Part shown: one piece after another, positions 62,085 to 64,000 of the stretch | Layout of the letters: each line of letters starts with the position of its first letter | Numbering within the stretch: the stretch's first letter is position 1 | Assembly: GCA_013265495.1 (NCBI GenBank) | Contig: MU058423.1 | Coordinates: forward strand, 323,061-387,060 | Source of the DNA: Vicugna vicugna | Taxonomy: Eukaryota | DNA: 64,000 nt | Reading direction: 5' to 3' | Notes under the pieces: generated by a model | Told to the model about the DNA's origin: nothing | Databases searched by the model: none | The model's input: the letters and a program-made list of their open reading frames with translations, nothing else | Translations under genes and position numbers: made by a program

Positions 62085-62860
62085 GACCTCAATATAAAAT
62101 ACAAATGGTCAAGGAGCACATGAAAAAGTGCTCAACTTATTAGTGATCAGGGAGATGTAAATTAAAACAGTAATAAGAAAGGCTAAAATTAAATACTGAC
62201 AATATCAAATGTTGGAAAGGATATGGAGCAACTAGAACACCTGCATACTGCTGGTGGGAGTATAAATGATAGAATTACTTTGGAAATTTTTCTGGAAATT
62301 TCTCATAAAGTTAGAAAATGCCTACCTACAAATCCACTTCTAAGTATTTCTCTAAAAGAAATGAAAATGTACATCCACAAAGACTTCTACACAATTGTCC
62401 ACAGCAACTTTATTCATAATAGCCCCAAACTGGAAACAATCAAGTATCAATCACTAGGAGAACAGATAAAGAAAATGTGATGCATTTACGTAATGGAATA
62501 CTACTCAGCAATAAAGAGGAATAAATTACTGACACATACAGTGACACTGATGAACCTGAAAATCATTATCCTGAACAACAAAAACACCTAGACACAAAGA
62601 ATACACTCTGTGTGACTCTGTTCTAATGGGCAAAACCTAATCTATGGTGAAAAAAAAATCAGAACAGCAATTGCCTCTGGATACAGAGGGGACAAGTGAC
62701 CAGGAAGGGGCATAAGATAAGTTTTTGGTGTGATGAGAATATTGATGTCTTGATAGGAGGGTAGGTCAAATGGAGTGCGCATTTCTCAAAACTTATTGAG
62801 CTGAACACTTGAGGTCTGTGCATTTCACTATCTAAATTATATCTCTAGTTTAAAAATATA
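62085..62860 (+). mobile_element. Old L1 (L1ME-like) ORF2 end and 3'UTR
   Basis: catgaaaaagtgctcaac...gttggaaaggatatggagcaactagaac...aatggaatactactcagcaataaa...tgtgcatttcact. Confidence 0.85.
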
Positions 62861-63394
62861 AATATATATAATGATAGTTAAAGGGAAAATTAAGTTATAT
62901 GTAATATGTCCTTTATATACTCTAGTGTTTCAGAAACATGGGAAGTTCAAACTAAAGTAATTTTAATAGTAATGACAAGAGCAGAAAAACCGAGGGAGGC
63001 GCTCACAATGGAGGGCTTATTACCTGCAGAGCAGTGTGCTCAGTGTTTCATATATCTTATCTAATCCTAACAGCATTCCTCTGGAGGTAGATACCACTGT
63101 GTCTCCATTTTATAGGAGAAACTGAACATTAACATGTGACTTTCCTAAGGTCACAGAGCCATTTAAGGAGTGGAGAAGAATGGTAAATAGTATACAGTAA
63201 GTGCTGAATACATTAGCTGAATGAGTAATAAACATAGCAGATATTCCCCTGGACTTCCCCAGGAATGAATTTCAATTTAGTAGGTCTTGATCAGTAGCTT
63301 AAAAGTGAAATAGAACAGAATGGAAAACATCACAGAGCACTGAATGTTGTACTACTACTTCGAGAAACTTCTTTTGGCAAAGAATGTAGGTCTG

Positions 63395-64000
63395 TCCAGT
63401 CAAAATGGCCATCGTTAAAAAGTCTACAAATGATAAATGCTAGAGAGGGTTTGGAGAAAAGGAACCCTCCTACACTGTTGGTGGGAAAGTAGTTTTGTGC
63501 AGCCATTATGGAAAACAATACGGACATTTCTTAAAAAACTAAAAATGGACTTACCCTATGATCCAGCAATCCCACTCCTGGGTATACATCCAGAGGAAAC
63601 TCTAATTTGAAAAGATACATGTACCCCAATGTTCATAGCAGCACTATTTACAACAGCCAAAACACAGAAACAACGCAAATGTCCATCAACAGATGACTGG
63701 ATAAAGAGGTTTGGTATATTTATACAATGGAACAATACTCAGCCATAAAAAAGAATAAAATAATGCCATTTGCAGTAACATGTATGGACCTGGAGATCGT
63801 CATTCTAAGTGGAGTAAGCCAGAAAGAAAAAGAAAAATACAGTATGGTACGACTCATATGTGTAATCTAAAAAAAATGACATGAACTTATTTACAAAACA
63901 GAAACAGATTCACGGACCTAAAACACCAATTTATGGTTACCAGGGTGGAAAGAGGGTTGGAAAAGGATAAATTGGGAGCTGGAGATTTGCAGATACCAAC
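63395..64000 (+). mobile_element. Less diverged L1 ORF2 3' end and 3'UTR, running off the window
   Basis: aaggaaccctcctacactgttggtggg...gatccagcaatcccactcctgggt...aatgttcatagcagcactatt...atggacctggagat. Confidence 0.9.

Overview
This is mammalian genomic DNA, very probably from a camelid, judged by three copies of a tRNA-Ala-derived SINE. It covers the ST7L - WNT2B - CTTNBP2NL block. The minus strand carries a complete, intact 5-exon WNT2B (CDS 19917->8368, 1182 nt, 393 aa, all GT-AG introns) and the last three coding exons plus 3'UTR of CTTNBP2NL (55734->49574); its 5' exons lie beyond the window. The plus strand near 3.1-5.7 kb looks like the terminal exon/3'UTR of ST7L, convergent on WNT2B. 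The rest is introns and intergenic DNA rich in old repeats (MIR, L2, MER/Charlie, Tigger1 MITEs, MLT1, a ~11 kb nested L1 cluster), with CpG-rich patches at ~19.5-21.2, ~26.2-26.9 and ~41.4-41.8 kb. I found no evidence of a wholly new biological system. The most interesting signals are a run of 56 consecutive G/C-ending codons in CTTNBP2NL (possible GC-biased gene conversion), a frameshifted, partly MIR-derived ST7L terminal exon, a WNT2B uORF and competing cryptic donor, a near-consensus CTCF site in an intergenic CpG patch, and a seed-diverged counterpart of the human MIR4256 locus. Comparisons with human sequences and repeat family names are from memory and need alignment or RepeatMasker to confirm; repeat boundaries are approximate.
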